DNA of 32,000 nt from Litoribacter populi (lineage in GTDB: Bacteria > Bacteroidota > Bacteroidia > Cytophagales > Cyclobacteriaceae): NCBI RefSeq assembly GCF_007483685.1, contig NZ_VMKN01000003.1:52639-84638 (forward strand), read 5' to 3'. The notes under the pieces are model-generated. The model saw only the letters and a list, made by a program, of their open reading frames with translations. It ran no database searches and was not told where the DNA came from. A program made the translations under genes and the position numbers. Of this stretch, positions 31,798 to 32,000 are shown one piece after another; position 1 is the stretch's first letter, and each line of letters starts with the position of its first letter.

Positions 31798-32000
31798 TTA
31801 AGATTGGTTCCAAATATTCCAGGCCGCCTCGGCTTGGAGTTGCAGCATTTCCAAACCATTTTTCGAGAGCCCTCCACGCGCCTCCACACTTCTCATAAGG
31901 AATGTTTTTTCGGGATTATACACCAAGTCGTACACTTTGTGCTTGGCCGTCACCGCATCCAAGGGAATGGGGGGCATCACTTCGGTGTTTGGGTGTGTCC
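31798..32000 (-). CDS. aroE: Shikimate dehydrogenase, C-terminal part (gene continues beyond the window edge)
   Basis: The frame is open to position 32000. The C-terminal pattern VYDLVYNPEKTFLMRSVEARGGLSKNGLEMLQLQAEAAWNIW matches the AroE C-terminus. It lies 18 nt upstream of the decarboxylase start. Confidence 0.85.
   Translation of the reverse strand, partial: THPNTEVMPPIPLDAVTAKHKVYDLVYNPEKTFLMRSVEARGGLSKNGLEMLQLQAEAAWNIWNQS

Noticed and set aside
1-32000. Scan for CRISPR arrays, tRNA/rRNA genes, transposases or integrases, prophage modules, and long direct or inverted repeats marking an island.
   Set aside because: None found. All gaps are about 225 bp or shorter, and no repeat-spacer periodicity, no cloverleaf-capable GC-rich segment and no recombinase-like ORF is present. 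Composition looks uniform by eye, though GC content was not computed.

Overview
This window is a densely coding, mostly housekeeping chromosomal segment. It reads as Bacteroidota, probably Cytophagia/Cyclobacteriaceae-like. That is an inference from three things: the panC | glgA-like-DUF4270-glmS gene order, TAnnTTTG-type -7 boxes, and His_kinase/LytTR two-component pairs. No search was run. I call 30 complete and 2 edge-truncated CDS. Confidently recognised genes are uvrB, recX, tpiA, prmA, glmS, panC, panD, uvrA and aroE (partial). Also clear are an acyl-CoA dehydrogenase, a TauE/SafE permease, a YugP-type Zn peptidase, a LOG-family protein, an SLT lytic transglycosylase, an AraC regulator, a LytS-type kinase with two LytTR response regulators, a PIN-PhoH (PhoH2) ATPase and a group II PLP decarboxylase. 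Most convergent or unit-ending junctions carry hairpin terminators. I see no rRNA, tRNA, CRISPR array, transposase, integrase or phage module, and no intergenic gap exceeds about 225 bp. I do not see a convincing self-contained novel system such as a defence island, secretion system or biosynthetic cluster. The best leads are: (1) a translationally coupled operon joining a YqjE/Holin-X-like membrane protein, a coiled-coil membrane protein and an archaeal-type GGGP-synthase homologue; (2) a half-length glycogen-synthase homologue that has lost the KTGGL motif, linked to a DUF4270 lipoprotein and glmS; (3) short GC-rich tandem-oligomer (REP-like) elements, one of which supplies the last codons and the stop-codon context of a gene; (4) a kinase with two LytTR regulators, the second behind a 223-bp AT-rich leader carrying a palindrome and an ATGA-coupled 18-codon uORF; (5) PhoH2, an AlbA_2/Schlafen-like protein and an MfnA-like decarboxylase as individually interesting single genes. 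All family assignments come from motif recognition by eye and need HMM/BLAST confirmation.
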